A stretch of DNA of 64,000 bases from Escherichia phage vB_EcoM_AYO145A. A model generated the notes under the pieces. The model was not told the DNA's origin. It ran no database searches and worked only from the letters and a program-made list of their open reading frames with translations. The stretch lies in sequence record KR014248, one strand, 5' to 3'. Position numbers and translations under genes: made by a program. Below are positions 50,017-59,839 of the stretch, piece by piece (position 1 is the stretch's first letter; every line of letters begins with the position of its first letter).

Positions 50017-50764
50017 CTCAAGAGAAGCAGTAAAAAACTGGAATCTTCGTTGTGGAAACACTCAAAAGCAGCCTTACAGTGATGAGTATTGGGAATCTTT
50101 AAAATCCCAGTCTCTGTGTATGCTTGAAGAAGCAAAAGAGCTTGTAAAAGCAATTGAAGAGAAAGACCCCATTGAGACACTGGATGCTCAGGCAGATTTG
50201 CAATATGTTCTTGACGGTTTGATTTACCTGTCACAACATGACCATAACGGTGCTATGAAAGCTGTTTGCCATAATAATGACCTGAAGTATACAGATGACT
50301 ATGAAGAAGCTTTAAAACGTCTTGCAGATATTGAGAAGCGTACTGGTCAAGAGTGTATTATCAGAATGTCAGTAGTTGATGGTAAAGAATGGTATGCGAT
50401 TGTTCGTGCAGCCGATGGGAAGATTATGAAGCAATCAAATCTCCCTAAAGTACAGCTTGGTGAATACATTGTAGAACTTGAAAGCCAAGAACTTTTTGTG
50501 GTAGTATCTGAGACATGCGTTATCTGCAAAGGTATTGTAGATAGCTTAAAGGATTTGGGTGTAGATGGTTTTGTAGAAGTTAATCCAATTACCTCTAAAG
50601 CAGATAAAGACTTCTGTAAAGAGAATGGACTATGGATTGCAGATATTATCTACTATGATGGTGAGCAGTTCCATGTAACCTCATACCCGAAACTGAATTA
50701 TGATGCTAATAACCTGAAGTGCTGGTTAAAAGGGGTTGGTTATAATGGATTCACAGAACATTAA
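50009..50764 (+). CDS. MazG-like nucleotide pyrophosphohydrolase domain protein
   Basis: N-terminal EEAKELVKAIEE...ETLDAQADLQYV matches the MazG ExxE...D pattern. The C-terminal half is unassigned. Confidence 0.5.
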   Translation: MFNSREAVKNWNLRCGNTQKQPYSDEYWESLKSQSLCMLEEAKELVKAIEEKDPIETLDAQADLQYVLDGLIYLSQHDHNGAMKAVCHNNDLKYTDDYEEALKRLADIEKRTGQECIIRMSVVDGKEWYAIVRAADGKIMKQSNLPKVQLGEYIVELESQELFVVVSETCVICKGIVDSLKDLGVDGFVEVNPITSKADKDFCKENGLWIADIIYYDGEQFHVTSYPKLNYDANNLKCWLKGVGYNGFTEH

Positions 50765-51068
50765 TAAAGAGGGTGTGGCTCAGAAGAGCCACTTCTCAAA
50801 CTACAATATTTCTATGACGGTGTTTATGAATGACCCGTTACTAGAAAAATATGGTGAGACTCCAGATACACTTCTGGACAATGAACAAGTTTTAAAAGCA
50901 GTCCTGTACAAATATGGGATTGATATTGAGAAAGAGTATTCTTTTGAAATCTGTCAACACAGGAATACTTTCGGTAAAGTTGTAATGGCTCCACTCTTCA
51001 TGGGTGTAGAAAGAACTGACTATGGTTGGTTATATCTAAAAAGAAACTTGGAGAAATACCGTGTCTAA
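50745..51068 (+). CDS. hypothetical protein
   Basis: Track ORF trimmed to the ATG 9 nt after GGGG. Confidence 0.5.
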   Translation: MDSQNINKEGVAQKSHFSNYNISMTVFMNDPLLEKYGETPDTLLDNEQVLKAVLYKYGIDIEKEYSFEICQHRNTFGKVVMAPLFMGVERTDYGWLYLKRNLEKYRV

Positions 51069-51396
51069 AACAAAAAAGCTATCTTATGATGACATTATCT
51101 CAGGTGCTAAATTAGGTGTTGATAGTATCGGACAAGATGTTAAGCACGGGGACACAGTTATGTACTGTGATGACCGAAGAGGAAGAAGTGCAATCTTGTT
51201 TGGGAGAATTGTTTGCAAGATGCGAGGTAATTACGTTGTTGCAGACATGGATGAGAACACTACACAAGAGCTTGAAGCAATTATGAATGGCAACACCTCA
51301 TCGTGGTTCCTGAATTGTATGCACGCTGCTTCAGTCACAAAGGTAAGTGATAAGTTTTACGACATGTGGCAGAATGAGCAAATTTTCAAGATTTAA
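51061..51396 (+). CDS. hypothetical protein
   Basis: 111-aa ORF with a GTG start after GGAGAAA, followed by a terminator. Confidence 0.55.
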   Translation: MSKTKKLSYDDIISGAKLGVDSIGQDVKHGDTVMYCDDRRGRSAILFGRIVCKMRGNYVVADMDENTTQELEAIMNGNTSSWFLNCMHAASVTKVSDKFYDMWQNEQIFKI

Positions 51397-51400
51397 ACTA

Positions 51401-51425
51401 GGGAGCCTCTTCGGAGGCTCTTTTC
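51401..51425 (+). terminator. rho-independent terminator upstream of nrdA
   Basis: GGGAGCCTC-TTCG-GAGGCTC followed by TTTTC. Confidence 0.8.
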
Positions 51426-51442
51426 ATCTGTAGGATTCAAAA

Positions 51443-53677
51443 ATGATTAAGACAATTAAAAAATCAAATGGTACAGTAGTAAGCTTTGACCCAGAAAGAC
51501 TGAATAAGTGGGCATCATGGGCAGATAAACGTGGAATTATCTGGTCAGAAGTCACTATGGAAGCTATGAAACGTGTCTATGAAGGTTGCACTACAAAAGA
51601 GATGCACCAAGCCATGATTGATGTTTGTGTTGATAAACAAACTCAAGAGTACTCAGATATGGCTGGACGGCTACTTCTGGGGATTATCTACAAAGAAGCC
51701 TTTGGAGGCTTTACTAAGGTTCCTACGCTGGTTACCTTCGTTAAAAATATGGAGAGAGCAGGACTTTGGGAGAAGATGGACTACTCACAGGAAGAGCTTG
51801 AATACCTGCAAGGTTACATTGTGCACTCAAAAGATATCTCTTACGGTTATGCAGTCTTGAAACAGTTCAGAGACAAGTATGGTATCCGTGATATTAAAAC
51901 GGGAAGACTTTTTGAGTCACCACAATTTATGTTTATGGGTATGGCTATGAAAGCCTTCGAGAAGCAACCAAAGCACCGTAGACTGCAAGATGTTATCAAG
52001 CTGTACACTTACCTATCTGACCTGAAGATTAACGCACCTACGCCTTATCTGAATGGTTTAAGAGCCACTAAATCAGGTTATGCGTCATGCTGTTTGATTA
52101 AGGCGAATGATACCGCTGAATCTCTCGGTATTGCTGCAAAGGTTGCTTATGACATGACTACAAAGCAAGCTGGTATCGGGATGCTGATGGAGACTCGCAC
52201 TATTGGTGATGGTATCCGTCAAAACACGATTGAGCACATGGGTAAGCTACCTTATTACAAGCTTGTACGTTCATCTGTAGAGGCAAATAAACAGAAGAGC
52301 CGTGGTGGTTCAGCTAATAACTTCTACACTGCTCTAGACCCACAGATTGAAGATTTACTGCGTTTGAAGCACCCTACAACGGTTCCTTCTAAACGTATTA
52401 ATGAGATGGACTACTCATTCGGCACAAACGATTATTTCTGGCAGTGTGTCCAGTATGATACAGATTGGTTGCTATTCTCTTACAAAGATGCACCAAAACT
52501 CTATGACATGTTCTACACAGCATCTGCTGATGAGTTTGCTATGGCAGTTGGTCACGCAGTACATTCAGGAGTTAAGCACAGAAGAGTCAAGGCTCGTGAA
52601 ATTGCTAAGCTGTTTATTCAACAGCGTTATGCTACAGGTCGTGTGTATCCATTCTTCACTAACAATGCAAACACACATACACCATTTAAAGAGCCATTGA
52701 AGATGTCAAATCTTTGTATGGAAATTGTGTTGCCAGTGTATGGTTTTGAGAAAGAGACAGACCTTTATAGAGACGATGCTGTGAAAGAGGATGGTGAGGT
52801 GGCTCTTTGCTTCCTAGCTAGTTTGGTTGCAGGGAGAATTTCAGAAGATGAATACGCTGACGTTGCTTATTATGCTCTTGCAATGGTTGACTCCGTTATT
52901 GACCTTATGGATTATCCGTATCCGTCGATGCGTAACCATGTTCAGAAGCGTCGTTCTGTTGGGATTGGCCTTACAAATGTGGCTCATTACCTTGCGAAGA
53001 ACTACGTGAACTACTCTTCACGAGCAGGTAAGACGAAGCTTCATGAACTTGCAGAGATGCACTCTTACTATCTGCATGAAGCCTCTCTGAGACTTGCTAA
53101 AGAGCGTGGTGTTCCAGAGTACATGAAGTTCACTAAGTACCCTGAAGGCTGGGTTCCTCCAAAGACAGCTAACAAGAAGATTGATGAAAAGCATGATGCA
53201 AAACTACGATATGATTGGGATGACTTAGCACAACGTATCAAAGAAAATGGTGGAATCCGAAACTCTGTATTAGAAGCTTACATGCCTAATGAGAGTTCTT
53301 CACTGGCAACTAATACGACAAATGGCTTGTACCCAATTCGTGACTTTATTTTAACTAAAAAGTCTGCAACTGGTAACGTGCTGTTTATTGTTCCAGATTA
53401 TGAAGAGTTGAAGTATGTATATGAAATTGCTTGGGGTATTGACACCTTTGACCTGATTGATTGTTATGCAATTGTCCAAAAGTTCACTGGTCAAGCTATC
53501 TCTTCAGACTTCTATGTTGACTATGCAAAGTCTAAGAAGGTATCATTGGCTCAAGCTCTGAAGTACATGATTTATGCCAACTCTGTAGGTATGAAAACCA
53601 TGTATTACCTTAACAGTCGCATTGGTGTAGGTAAATCTGCACTGCAAGATGCTTATTGCGAGGGTTGTGGTGTTTAG
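51443..53677 (+). CDS. nrdA: ribonucleoside-diphosphate reductase, alpha subunit (class Ia)
   Basis: 744 aa. Contains the NLCMEI active-site motif and a C-terminal CEGCGV redox tail. Confidence 0.92.
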   Translation: MIKTIKKSNGTVVSFDPERLNKWASWADKRGIIWSEVTMEAMKRVYEGCTTKEMHQAMIDVCVDKQTQEYSDMAGRLLLGIIYKEAFGGFTKVPTLVTFVKNMERAGLWEKMDYSQEELEYLQGYIVHSKDISYGYAVLKQFRDKYGIRDIKTGRLFESPQFMFMGMAMKAFEKQPKHRRLQDVIKLYTYLSDLKINAPTPYLNGLRATKSGYASCCLIKANDTAESLGIAAKVAYDMTTKQAGIGMLMETRTIGDGIRQNTIEHMGKLPYYKLVRSSVEANKQKSRGGSANNFYTALDPQIEDLLRLKHPTTVPSKRINEMDYSFGTNDYFWQCVQYDTDWLLFSYKDAPKLYDMFYTASADEFAMAVGHAVHSGVKHRRVKAREIAKLFIQQRYATGRVYPFFTNNANTHTPFKEPLKMSNLCMEIVLPVYGFEKETDLYRDDAVKEDGEVALCFLASLVAGRISEDEYADVAYYALAMVDSVIDLMDYPYPSMRNHVQKRRSVGIGLTNVAHYLAKNYVNYSSRAGKTKLHELAEMHSYYLHEASLRLAKERGVPEYMKFTKYPEGWVPPKTANKKIDEKHDAKLRYDWDDLAQRIKENGGIRNSVLEAYMPNESSSLATNTTNGLYPIRDFILTKKSATGNVLFIVPDYEELKYVYEIAWGIDTFDLIDCYAIVQKFTGQAISSDFYVDYAKSKKVSLAQALKYMIYANSVGMKTMYYLNSRIGVGKSALQDAYCEGCGV

Positions 53678-53732
53678 TTTTAACAACTATGAGGGTCGTA
53701 AAAGACCCTCTAAAAATAACTTTGGAGAGACC

Positions 53733-53990
53733 ATGAAAGATTTAATAGAAAAACATGAGCGGCCTATATACTTGCTCTACAAACCCCGCAAAACATTGTA
53801 CTATGTGAGCAGCACAGGTATCATGATAAAGCAGAATGATGACTTATGGGTCACTGGAGCCTCTTACATCTCTACAGCAGATGGTAAAATCTACGCAAGA
53901 CCTTATGAGATGTTTAACAAAGAAAATTGGGAAGTTTTAGACAGAAAACAAGCCTTAGAAATGATAAAGAAAGGAGAAATCACGCTATGA
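53733..53990 (+). CDS. hypothetical protein between nrdA and nrdB
   Basis: Track ORF trimmed to the ATG after GGAGAGA. Its stop overlaps the nrdB ATG. Confidence 0.5.
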   Translation: MKDLIEKHERPIYLLYKPRKTLYYVSSTGIMIKQNDDLWVTGASYISTADGKIYARPYEMFNKENWEVLDRKQALEMIKKGEITL

Positions 53991-55060
53991 TTAACCAGCA
54001 CCCAATCTTTTTAGGTGGTGAGAGAAAAACTTTTGACTCACTCAATAAGCACTACCCAAAAATCTTTGAACTTTATAAACAACAAAAAGCACAAGACTGG
54101 TCAGAAGATGAGTTCCCTTTTGAACAATCGCGTCTTGATTTTGAGAGTGTCCCAGCATCAATGTCAGGTGTAATGCTTGAGATTCTTAAGTGGCAGTGGG
54201 AAGCAGATACCCAAGTTGCTAAGAGCTTGGCATTCGCCTTTGCACCATTCATCTCTGATGACATCTATGCAACTGCAATTATGAAGCAGTCTGAGATTGA
54301 AAACCTACATGCTCTTACTTACTCAGAGATTGTAAGGCAATGTATTAAAAACCCTGAAACAATCTTAGATGAGATTAACCAGAATGTTGCTGTGCAAGAC
54401 CGATTAAAAACTGTGAATCGTGTTCTTGAAGAATTACTGGATGAAGGTATAAACTATCGCCTGAGTTATGTCCGTGATTCACTTCTGGACAAAGACCCTT
54501 TACACTTCCATAAAGTGATTCTGAAAGGTCTATTTGCAGTGACTGCACTGGAAGGAATATCTTTTATGGCATCCTTTGCATGTACTTTTGCACTTGATGC
54601 TCAAGATAAATTTCAAGGTATTGCTCAAGCTGTCCAGAAAATTATGCTTGACGAAATCCTTCACACTAAAATTGATATTGAAGTTTTAAAAGAAACTTTA
54701 AGAGATGATGAGTGGCAAAAAGCTTTCCAACAAATTCTTCCAGAGATTAAAGTAATCTTAGATGAAGTAGTTGAAAGTGAAGAGAAATGGTCGTATTATA
54801 TCTTCTCCGAAGGACGTGCTGTAGTTGGGTTAAATACAAAGCTTCTTCATGAGTGGGTTTACTATAATGCTGCCCCACTGTATGATATGTTTGGCATTCC
54901 CAGAGATTTTGTAGCTCCTAAAGAACCACCTTTGAAGTATATGATTAAGAAGATGGAAATTGATAAAGAGCAGAATGCTAATCAGGAGCAACAGAACGGT
55001 GCGTATTTATTGAATACTGTTGTAGATGATTTGAATAGTGGATTTTTAGAGGTTCCTTAA
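53987..55060 (+). CDS. nrdB: ribonucleoside-diphosphate reductase, beta subunit
   Basis: Di-iron/tyrosyl-radical family motifs (SEIENLHALTYSEI, EGISFMASF, DEILHT). Start at the ATG after AGGAGAA. Confidence 0.9.
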   Translation: MINQHPIFLGGERKTFDSLNKHYPKIFELYKQQKAQDWSEDEFPFEQSRLDFESVPASMSGVMLEILKWQWEADTQVAKSLAFAFAPFISDDIYATAIMKQSEIENLHALTYSEIVRQCIKNPETILDEINQNVAVQDRLKTVNRVLEELLDEGINYRLSYVRDSLLDKDPLHFHKVILKGLFAVTALEGISFMASFACTFALDAQDKFQGIAQAVQKIMLDEILHTKIDIEVLKETLRDDEWQKAFQQILPEIKVILDEVVESEEKWSYYIFSEGRAVVGLNTKLLHEWVYYNAAPLYDMFGIPRDFVAPKEPPLKYMIKKMEIDKEQNANQEQQNGAYLLNTVVDDLNSGFLEVP

Positions 55061-55302
55061 TGACTTATGTAATTTACTCCAAAACTGGATGCCCTCAGTG
55101 TGAGACTGCAAAGAATTTTGCAAAAGCTCGTGGTATTGACCATGTTGTGAGAATGTTAGGGCAGGACTATGAGCTATCAGACCTGATGGATATTGCACAG
55201 ATGCCAGTTCGTCAGATGCCATTCATCATGAAAACTGATGGACAAAACCTAAAACCTGTTGGGACGCTACAGAATTTTATGGCAGAGGTGAATAATGCTT
55301 AA
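55060..55302 (+). CDS. glutaredoxin / NrdH-like redoxin
   Basis: 80 aa with a CPQC active site near the N-terminus. Adjacent to nrdB. Confidence 0.75.
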   Translation: MTYVIYSKTGCPQCETAKNFAKARGIDHVVRMLGQDYELSDLMDIAQMPVRQMPFIMKTDGQNLKPVGTLQNFMAEVNNA

Positions 55303-55501
55303 ACGCCTTTGGGAAGGTTTGGTTGTTGATGCACCAGCTATTGTGATTGGTATGCTTGTTGTTAACCTATTTACTGATTTTGAACAAGGTTCATTGTTTG
55401 GAGCCATGTTACTATGGGTTATCTTTGAAATATTAGAGATACAGCTAGGCATCACTGAAAAACTAAGAAAACTCGTTTCAAAGTTTTCTAAAAAGATTTA
55501 A
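55295..55501 (+). CDS. small membrane protein
   Basis: 68 aa with two hydrophobic segments. Confidence 0.5.
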   Translation: MLKRLWEGLVVDAPAIVIGMLVVNLFTDFEQGSLFGAMLLWVIFEILEIQLGITEKLRKLVSKFSKKI

Positions 55502-55509
55502 AATGAAAG

Positions 55510-55530
55510 GGTCTCTTCGGAGACCTTTTT
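55510..55530 (+). terminator. rho-independent terminator upstream of nrdD
   Basis: GGTCTC-TTCG-GAGACC followed by TTTTT. Confidence 0.8.
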
Positions 55531-55549
55531 AGCATGTAAAGGGGCAATA

Positions 55550-57694
55550 ATGAACAAAGTACAGATTATTAAAAAGAATGGCTCACTTGAAGAACCTGAT
55601 ATCAAAAAAGTTTTAGCAGCAGTAACTAAGTCAGCTAACAGGGTTGGGTATAAAGAACTTCCACCAGATGTTACCCAAGCTCTTGAGTCAGCATTTATGA
55701 GGATTCTGGTAAAGTCCACTAAGCAGAATAATTTGCTCATCTCGGTAAATGACATTCACAGTATTGTTGAGGGTGCTTTGGCAGAAGTCAATCACGAGAT
55801 TTACGAGTCTTACTCAACATATAGAAATTACCGTAAAGAGGTTGCTCAAAATTGGGATGAGCTTTACCAAAAGACTAAAGACACACTCTTCTTAGGTGAC
55901 CGTGAAAATGCTAACTTTGACAGCAGTTTAATTTCTACAAAAGGTTCAATTATTCGTGGCTATCTGACTAAAGAAATCTTTAAACAATACCATTTAACAC
56001 CAGAGGAACTCGAAGCCATTGAAAAAGGGTTTATCTACATCCATGACTTAAGAGACCTAATTTTTGGTGGTATCAACTGTTGCCTGTTTGACATCGGTAA
56101 AGTACTGAAAGGTGGCTTTGAAATGTCTGGCATTGAATACTGTGAACCGAAGTCTGTGCTGTCAGCCTTACAGGTTATTGGTGATGTAGTTCTTTCAGCA
56201 ACTGCACAGCAATTTGGTGGATTTACTTTAGCAGAGATTGATAAGGTGCTTGTACCGTATGCTAAGAAGTCTCTACGCTATCATGCTGAGAAAGCAGCAT
56301 CTTACGGTATTCCTAAAGAACATTACCATAACTATGTCATGGAGCAGCTACAGATTGAATTAACTCAAGGCTTCCAGTCACTAGAGATGAAGCTAAATAC
56401 TGTACCTTGTAGCCGTGGTGATTTCGCATTCACAACTTTAACATTTGGTTTACTTGACTCAGATATGTCTAATGAAGACAACCGACTACAATACATGATT
56501 GCAAACACTATTCTTGATGTTCGCATGAATGGACAAGGTAAGAGCAAGAAGCCTGTTGTATTCCCTAAACTGGTTTATATTCATGACCAGAAGAGACACG
56601 ATGAGAATATCTGTCAAGGTCAACTGTACAGTAAAGCTATTGAGTGTTGCTCTAAAGCAATGTATCCAGATTTCTTAAGCGTCTCTGGTCATGGTGCTGT
56701 AGCAGAAGCTTTTGAGCGTTCTGGCAAGGTAATTTCACCGATGGGTTGCAGAGCCTTCTTATCTCCATATCTTAATGAGGATGGGGAAGAGTTCTATGTT
56801 GGTCGTGCTAACATTGGTGCTGTATCTTTGAACTTACCAATGATTTACCAGTATTCTAAAGAGAATGGTTTAGATTTCTGGAAAGAGCTTGATAAGTACC
56901 TAGAGATGATTCGCAGCTTCCACAAGAAACGCTACGAAATGATTGCTAACATGCCAGCAAGTTCTAACCCTCTGGCATTCACACAAGGTGGTCTGTACAA
57001 AGGGACTAAGAAACCTACTGACAAGGTTGGTTGGGATATCGTGAAGTCCTTCACAGCTTCTTTTGGGGTTACTGCGCTTGATGAACTATCTGTTCTTGCT
57101 GAAGGTAAACGACTTCATGAAGTTGGAAGTTCTAGTTTTGCATACGATGTTCTGGCATACATTAACATGAAAACTGAAGAGTTTAAGAATGAAGATGGCT
57201 TCCTGTATGCAGTATATGGCACTCCAGCAGAGTCATTGTGTGGAACTCAGCTAAAACAGTTCAGAGATATGTTTGGCGTTATCAAAGGAGTTTCTGATAA
57301 GGAATATTTTACAAACAGTTTCCATATGAATGTTGCAGCAGATATCTCACCATTTGAGAAGCAGGACTTAGAAGAGCCATTCTTCCATATCTGTAGAGGC
57401 GGCAGAATCCAGTATGTGAGGGTAGCTAACCCAGAAAACTTACCAGCACTTAAAAGTTGTATTACAAGAGGGATGTTGAAAGGTTTTTATCAGGGACTTA
57501 ACTTTGACTTAGCAATCTGTGAGCATTGTGGTAACAGACCAAAGGCTGATGTTGAAGAATGTGAGGTTTGCCATTCACATGATATTTCTGTGATTAACAG
57601 GGTGTGTGGTTATCTTGGATGGACTAAGATTAAAGGCGAATCCCGAATGAACGATGCAAAAATTGCTGAGATTCGTGACAGAATCTCTATGTAA
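55550..57694 (+). CDS. nrdD: anaerobic ribonucleoside-triphosphate reductase
   Basis: 714 aa. C-terminal zinc site CEHCG...CEVCHS and a glycyl-radical motif RVCGYLG. Confidence 0.92.
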   Translation: MNKVQIIKKNGSLEEPDIKKVLAAVTKSANRVGYKELPPDVTQALESAFMRILVKSTKQNNLLISVNDIHSIVEGALAEVNHEIYESYSTYRNYRKEVAQNWDELYQKTKDTLFLGDRENANFDSSLISTKGSIIRGYLTKEIFKQYHLTPEELEAIEKGFIYIHDLRDLIFGGINCCLFDIGKVLKGGFEMSGIEYCEPKSVLSALQVIGDVVLSATAQQFGGFTLAEIDKVLVPYAKKSLRYHAEKAASYGIPKEHYHNYVMEQLQIELTQGFQSLEMKLNTVPCSRGDFAFTTLTFGLLDSDMSNEDNRLQYMIANTILDVRMNGQGKSKKPVVFPKLVYIHDQKRHDENICQGQLYSKAIECCSKAMYPDFLSVSGHGAVAEAFERSGKVISPMGCRAFLSPYLNEDGEEFYVGRANIGAVSLNLPMIYQYSKENGLDFWKELDKYLEMIRSFHKKRYEMIANMPASSNPLAFTQGGLYKGTKKPTDKVGWDIVKSFTASFGVTALDELSVLAEGKRLHEVGSSSFAYDVLAYINMKTEEFKNEDGFLYAVYGTPAESLCGTQLKQFRDMFGVIKGVSDKEYFTNSFHMNVAADISPFEKQDLEEPFFHICRGGRIQYVRVANPENLPALKSCITRGMLKGFYQGLNFDLAICEHCGNRPKADVEECEVCHSHDISVINRVCGYLGWTKIKGESRMNDAKIAEIRDRISM

Positions 57695-57703
57695 AACTTG
57701 ACA

Positions 57704-57742
57704 AGGTGATGTGGGTCTTGATAGGCTTACATCACCTTTTTT
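57704..57742 (+). terminator. rho-independent terminator after nrdD
   Basis: AGGTGATGT (57704-12)/ACATCACCT (57729-37) followed by TTTTTT. The 5' arm overlaps a CTTGACAAGGTG motif. Confidence 0.7.
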
Positions 57743-57848
57743 ATTGGATGTTAGACATGGCAGAGAGTATTATTGGGTTGTTCATAGGTTCTGTCTTACT
57801 AGGGTTCTTTTTAGGACTCTCTTATTGTGAGTTGAGAGATAAGTTAAA

Positions 57849-58049
57849 ATGTTTAAAATACCAAAAACGTTGATATACATACTCCATATTCTAATCTTCT
57901 TTTTTGGAGTTAGTGTTATGGTATGGGGTTTTTCAGACCCACAATGGAGTTTCGCATATCATGGTCAGATGGATTTATGGGCATGCTTCAAACCATTTTT
58001 AGGGTTAGCTATAGCATTCAGTGCATTACCAACTAAGGTGAAATTATGA
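57849..58049 (+). CDS. small membrane protein
   Basis: 66 aa with two hydrophobic helices. Confidence 0.5.
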   Translation: MFKIPKTLIYILHILIFFFGVSVMVWGFSDPQWSFAYHGQMDLWACFKPFLGLAIAFSALPTKVKL

Positions 58050-58441
58050 TTAAGTTGAACAAAAAACAGTTAGAGTGGATTAAAGATTACGCCTCAGAGT
58101 GTGGCTCTTGCGAAAAGAATCACGTAAGATACTCAACATTCCATACGGTCTTCACATTGTACATAGGTGACAACGTTCTAAGTGATTCCGTAGAAGATGG
58201 TGTAGCGTTGCCTAATGAATTGCTTGACAAATTAGCTATAGTCACTGGAACTTGGTCTGAAGAAGACGGTCATGAATTATTTGACAATGTTGTCTTCTAC
58301 ACCATTGAAAATATTATGAATCCAGAGTACATTATGCTAATGACGTGTGCACAAGACTGTGTGCCATTACAAAACTTCATTAAAGAGCACTGTGAAGAAT
58401 TTATTACTAAACAAGTTCCTTGTCAGGTGGTATTTGAATGA
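58046..58441 (+). CDS. hypothetical protein
   Basis: 131-aa ORF with ATGA overlap. Confidence 0.55.
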   Translation: MIKLNKKQLEWIKDYASECGSCEKNHVRYSTFHTVFTLYIGDNVLSDSVEDGVALPNELLDKLAIVTGTWSEEDGHELFDNVVFYTIENIMNPEYIMLMTCAQDCVPLQNFIKEHCEEFITKQVPCQVVFE

Positions 58442-58476
58442 GTAAAACAATTAAATAATATTGGTGAGGTAACGAG

Positions 58477-58962
58477 ATGAATTACATGGAGATTCGACCA
58501 TTTGACACAGCTAATGGTGAAGGGGTTCGGATAAGCCTCTTCGTAGCTGGCTGTAAACATCACTGTGAAGGCTGCTTTAACAGGGAGTCTTGGAAGTTTA
58601 ATGCTGGTAAAGAGTTTACTTATGCAAACCTCTACGGCATCATTAAATTAATGGATGATGAGGCCATCAGTGGGTTGTCAATACTTGGTGGAGAGCCTCT
58701 TGATGACAGAAACATTCAAGAAGTCACCAACATATGTAAACGTATTAAAACTGTTTACCCAGAAAAATCTATATGGCTTTGGACAGGTTTTCAGTTACAC
58801 GAAAAAATCCACCTCGATGTGATGAAATATGTTGACGTGGTGATTGATGGTAAGTATGATTCTTCTAAACCAACAGTTAAACCATATCGTGGTTCTGATA
58901 ACCAAAACCTCTGGAGAAAAGAGTATGGTTGGCAAGGCGACTGTCAATGGCGAGCAGAGTAG
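58477..58962 (+). CDS. nrdG: anaerobic ribonucleotide reductase activating enzyme (radical SAM)
   Basis: 161 aa with the CKHHCEGCFN CxxxCxxC cluster motif. Confidence 0.88.
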   Translation: MNYMEIRPFDTANGEGVRISLFVAGCKHHCEGCFNRESWKFNAGKEFTYANLYGIIKLMDDEAISGLSILGGEPLDDRNIQEVTNICKRIKTVYPEKSIWLWTGFQLHEKIHLDVMKYVDVVIDGKYDSSKPTVKPYRGSDNQNLWRKEYGWQGDCQWRAE

Positions 58963-59194
58963 TATAGCAGGGTTATACACATACAACAGTGAGTTATTAG
59001 ATGAGTGGACTAAGTTTACATCTGATAACCACGGGAAGGATGGTTTAGAATCTCTTGCTTGTATAGTTGGAGCAGGTGTATTTCTAGTCTTAGATGAAAA
59101 GTTTGGAGAGTACTACAAAACAAACCTCTTTTGTGGAATGTGGAGGGTCGGTATTACTCCAGAAGAGTTAATCAACTTCTGTATAAAAGTTTGA
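58925..59194 (+). CDS. hypothetical protein
   Basis: Track ORF 58844..59194 trimmed to the ATG after GGAGAAAAGAG. Overlaps the nrdG 3' end. Confidence 0.45.
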   Translation: MVGKATVNGEQSSIAGLYTYNSELLDEWTKFTSDNHGKDGLESLACIVGAGVFLVLDEKFGEYYKTNLFCGMWRVGITPEELINFCIKV

Positions 59195-59205
59195 GAGATA
59201 GTGAA

Positions 59206-59463
59206 ATGGGAATCTGGAACAGTTTTAAATCAAAAGTAAAAGCAGCATTGGCATCATTAGGTATGCTCACTGGTGTTGATGTGACCCATCTTATGCAAAA
59301 CTTCAAGATGGATGAGAATCTGGCTAATGAGATTATGAAAAGCATCTACGTAGGTCGTGGTAAAGGTGGTAAGAAACAAGCACATCGACCAACTGGTGCA
59401 GCAGCAATTAAACGTGCAGCTAAAAAAGCTCGTAACCGTAAACGTAACAAGAAGGCTAAATAA
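59206..59463 (+). CDS. hypothetical protein with a basic C-terminus
   Basis: Track ORF trimmed to ATG 59206. The C-terminus is KKARNRKRNKKAK. Confidence 0.5.
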   Translation: MGIWNSFKSKVKAALASLGMLTGVDVTHLMQNFKMDENLANEIMKSIYVGRGKGGKKQAHRPTGAAAIKRAAKKARNRKRNKKAK

Positions 59464-59465
59464 TC

Positions 59466-59786
59466 ATGAGCAAAGTTTATAACACTCGTAAATTACAGAT
59501 TTTCGTACTGTGCCAATTTATGGCTAAAGAGTATAACTACTACTATTGTGGTACAGGGTTCATTAGTGACAATGATGGTTCATACCTACCATTCAAAGAG
59601 GCTGTAAAACTCTTCAATGAAGAGAAAAGCTCTAAGAAAGATATTGAAAAGGTCAAGCTAACCTACAGCAAGAAAGATAAGAAGATTATCTGCCTAGATA
59701 ACTTTGTAAAAGTTACTGGAGAAGCAAAAGAGTTTATGGATGAGAGTGAAATCTCATTCACAAGCATCTTGAAAGTAGCTCAGTAA
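59466..59786 (+). CDS. hypothetical protein
   Basis: 106-aa ORF followed by a terminator. Confidence 0.55.
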   Translation: MSKVYNTRKLQIFVLCQFMAKEYNYYYCGTGFISDNDGSYLPFKEAVKLFNEEKSSKKDIEKVKLTYSKKDKKIICLDNFVKVTGEAKEFMDESEISFTSILKVAQ

Positions 59787-59799
59787 ACAGATACTATAA

Positions 59800-59827
59800 G
59801 GGGACTGTAAAGGTTCCCTTTTTTTAT
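59800..59827 (+). terminator. rho-independent terminator
   Basis: GGGGAC-TGTAAAG-GTTCCC followed by a T-run of about 9. Confidence 0.75.
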
Positions 59828-59839
59828 TTTGGAGATAAT

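Noticed and set aside
51443-58962. Split or intron-containing nrd genes, as in T4 nrdD/nrdB.
   Set aside because: nrdA, nrdB, nrdD and nrdG are each single uninterrupted ORFs with the expected terminal motifs. The intervening small ORFs are separate genes with their own RBS.
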